This document shows, piece by piece, positions 55,320 to 56,474 of a stretch of DNA of 56,474 bases (positions within the stretch are counted from its first letter, which is position 1; the number at the start of each line of letters is the position of its first letter). The translations under genes and the position numbers were made by a program. Below the pieces are notes generated by a model. That model was not told the origin of the DNA. It made no database searches and saw only the letters and a list, made by a program, of their open reading frames with translations. The stretch is from a bacterium (GTDB taxonomy: Bacteria; Patescibacteriota; Minisyncoccia; Minisyncoccales; DAOVPY01), in assembly GCA_030596105.1 (NCBI GenBank), contig JAUVKU010000001.1:1-56474 (forward strand). The letters run 5' to 3'.

Positions 55320-56474
55320 TTAAGATTTCCAGATATTCCGTAATTTTTCGCTAGCCTTAATCTGTCCAACTTTCATTTCAAGAATCTTTTTAGCTTTATA
55401 CTCAAAGCATTCTTTTCTTCTAGAGGCCAACCATTTTTCAAAAACTATAATACGAGATCTAAAAAACCAAATTAATGATAATGCCATTGATAAGGGCAAG
55501 AAAAACGAATCTAATAGAATATTATTTGTGAGACCAGTAGAAACTTCTGTGGCAGCTCCAGCAACTTGCTTTTTATTTACAACGACACTCGCTATATCCG
55601 TAATAGAGCTATCAAAATTATAAACCAAAACAGTATTAATAAGCGTAGTCTCTCCGAAAACAAACTGATTTGATCCTGCTACTTGAACCTTAAAATCTAT
55701 TCTCTTTGTTTGACCAACAGCCAAATCACCTATATCCAATCCAGAAAATATATTGCCACTTGAAGAAACATCATCTATCTTCAAATCCCCCATATAAATA
55801 AGATTGTCTGGTAAGGTATCCTGAACAATAACATTCTGTACAGACAAAGAATTATCTCCAATAACCTTAACTCTGAAATAAAGTATTTCTCCTGGATCAG
55901 CTGAAACTGAATGTACCCACGATGTTCCATTAGAATAATTCTTAACTAATTTATTAATCGTAAAAACAGGAATAACTTGCTGATTTTCAACATTAACAGT
56001 CATACTATGACTAGTAGAACCTCCTAAACCCGTACAAGTCATTGTATAAGTTCTTACAGAAGTTAAACTTCCTGTTGATTGTGATCCGCTAGTAGACTTT
56101 GTTCCTGACCAACCACCAGATGCATAACAAGTGTTAGCATTTGTTGATGTCCAAGTTAAATTAGCTGAACCATTGTATCCAATAGTTATTGAACCATTTG
56201 AATTGTTTGCTTTAATGTCAACTGTTGGAGCAACTGGCTGATTTTGAACATTAACAACAACGCTATCACTAACAGAACCTCCAGCACCTGTACAATTTAT
56301 TGTATAAGTTCTTGTAGAAGTTAAACTTCCTGTTGATTCTGATCCACTCGTGCTTTTTGTTCCTGACCAACCACCAGATGCATAACAAGTGTTAGCATTT
56401 GTTGATGTCCAAGTTAAATTAGCTGAACCATTGTATCCAATAGTTATTGAACCATTTGAATTGTTTGCTTTAAT
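55320..56474 (-). CDS. cell-surface repeat protein, C-terminal part (5' end outside window): Ig-like 86-aa repeats, DUF11-like domain, C-terminal TM anchor
   Basis: The frame stays open upstream of the ORF-track Met to the window edge. There are two 86-aa repeats (DIKANNSNGSITIGYNGSANLTWTSTNANTCYASGGWSGTK...TYTINCTGAGGS). These are followed by a DPGEILYFRVKV...VQDTLPDNL...VGQTKRIDFKVQV domain and then a hydrophobic anchor (FFLPLSMALSLIWFF) with a basic tail. Confidence 0.75.
   Translation of the reverse strand: MKANNSNGSITIGYNGSANLTWTSTNANTCYASGGWSGTKSTSGSESTGSLTSTRTYTINCTGAGGSVSDSVVVNVQNQPVAPTVDIKANNSNGSITIGYNGSANLTWTSTNANTCYASGGWSGTKSTSGSQSTGSLTSVRTYTMTCTGLGGSTSHSMTVNVENQQVIPVFTINKLVKNYSNGTSWVHSVSADPGEILYFRVKVIGDNSLSVQNVIVQDTLPDNLIYMGDLKIDDVSSSGNIFSGLDIGDLAVGQTKRIDFKVQVAGSNQFVFGETTLINTVLVYNFDSSITDIASVVVNKKQVAGAATEVSTGLTNNILLDSFFLPLSMALSLIWFFRSRIIVFEKWLASRRKECFEYKAKKILEMKVGQIKASEKLRNIWKS
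56044..56474 (-). repeat. 258-bp tandem coding repeat (at least 1.7 units, truncated by the window edge)
   Basis: 56101-56216 is identical (116/116 by eye) to 56359-56474. The remaining part of the unit is about 85% identical. Confidence 0.85.

Overview
AT-rich (about one-third GC by eye), densely coding bacterial chromosome segment. Shortened housekeeping proteins, Lys-rich tails, a PEGA-domain protein, an intron-bearing 23S rRNA with no adjacent 16S and a minimal SufCB pair fit a small-genome Patescibacteria/CPR-type organism; this placement is inference. In order, the window holds: the mnmA 3' end and alaS; the infA-rpmJ-rpsM-rpsK-rpsD-rpoA-rplQ cluster with rplM-rpsI; a patch of repeat and hypothetical proteins; tRNA-Ile(GAU) and tRNA-Ala(UGC) surrounded by tRNA-fragment scars; a thiol-redox trio, nnrD, two NUDIX genes, ybaB and tsaC; DUF167-sufCB; a UvrD-type helicase fused to a Cas4-like nuclease; a 23S-5S unit with an ORF-less group I intron; mreC-mreD-PBP2, greA, lysS and serS; a membrane-anchored MurF-like ligase; a tyrosine recombinase preceded by an unusual 385-bp non-coding region; uppS, a GGR-like reductase, rpmA, pyrG, rplI, an S41 protease, tRNA-Lys and pheS; grpE-DUF3467-dnaK-dnaJ; a GH38 mannosidase; and a terminal accessory patch of small secreted or membrane proteins plus a repeat-rich surface protein running off the window. 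I saw no CRISPR array, transposase, reverse transcriptase or recognisable multi-gene defence operon, so I cannot name a clear new protein system. The strongest unexplained signals are non-coding. (1) A family of about 160-176-nt palindromically closed intergenic elements (five copies) whose closing stems covary; three copies end 6-8 nt before start codons, including dnaK. (2) A GC-rich inverted repeat bracketing a near-consensus promoter next to the recombinase gene (candidate invertible switch), followed by a phased 9-mer array. (3) A C9 tract inside a promoter spacer of a secreted-protein gene. (4) tRNA-Ile half-gene scars. Protein-level oddities are an RpoA without the alpha-CTD, a polytopic-membrane MurF-like ligase and a Trx-CcdA fusion beside a DUF1858 CxxC protein. 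All coordinates and identities were worked out by eye and need computational confirmation.
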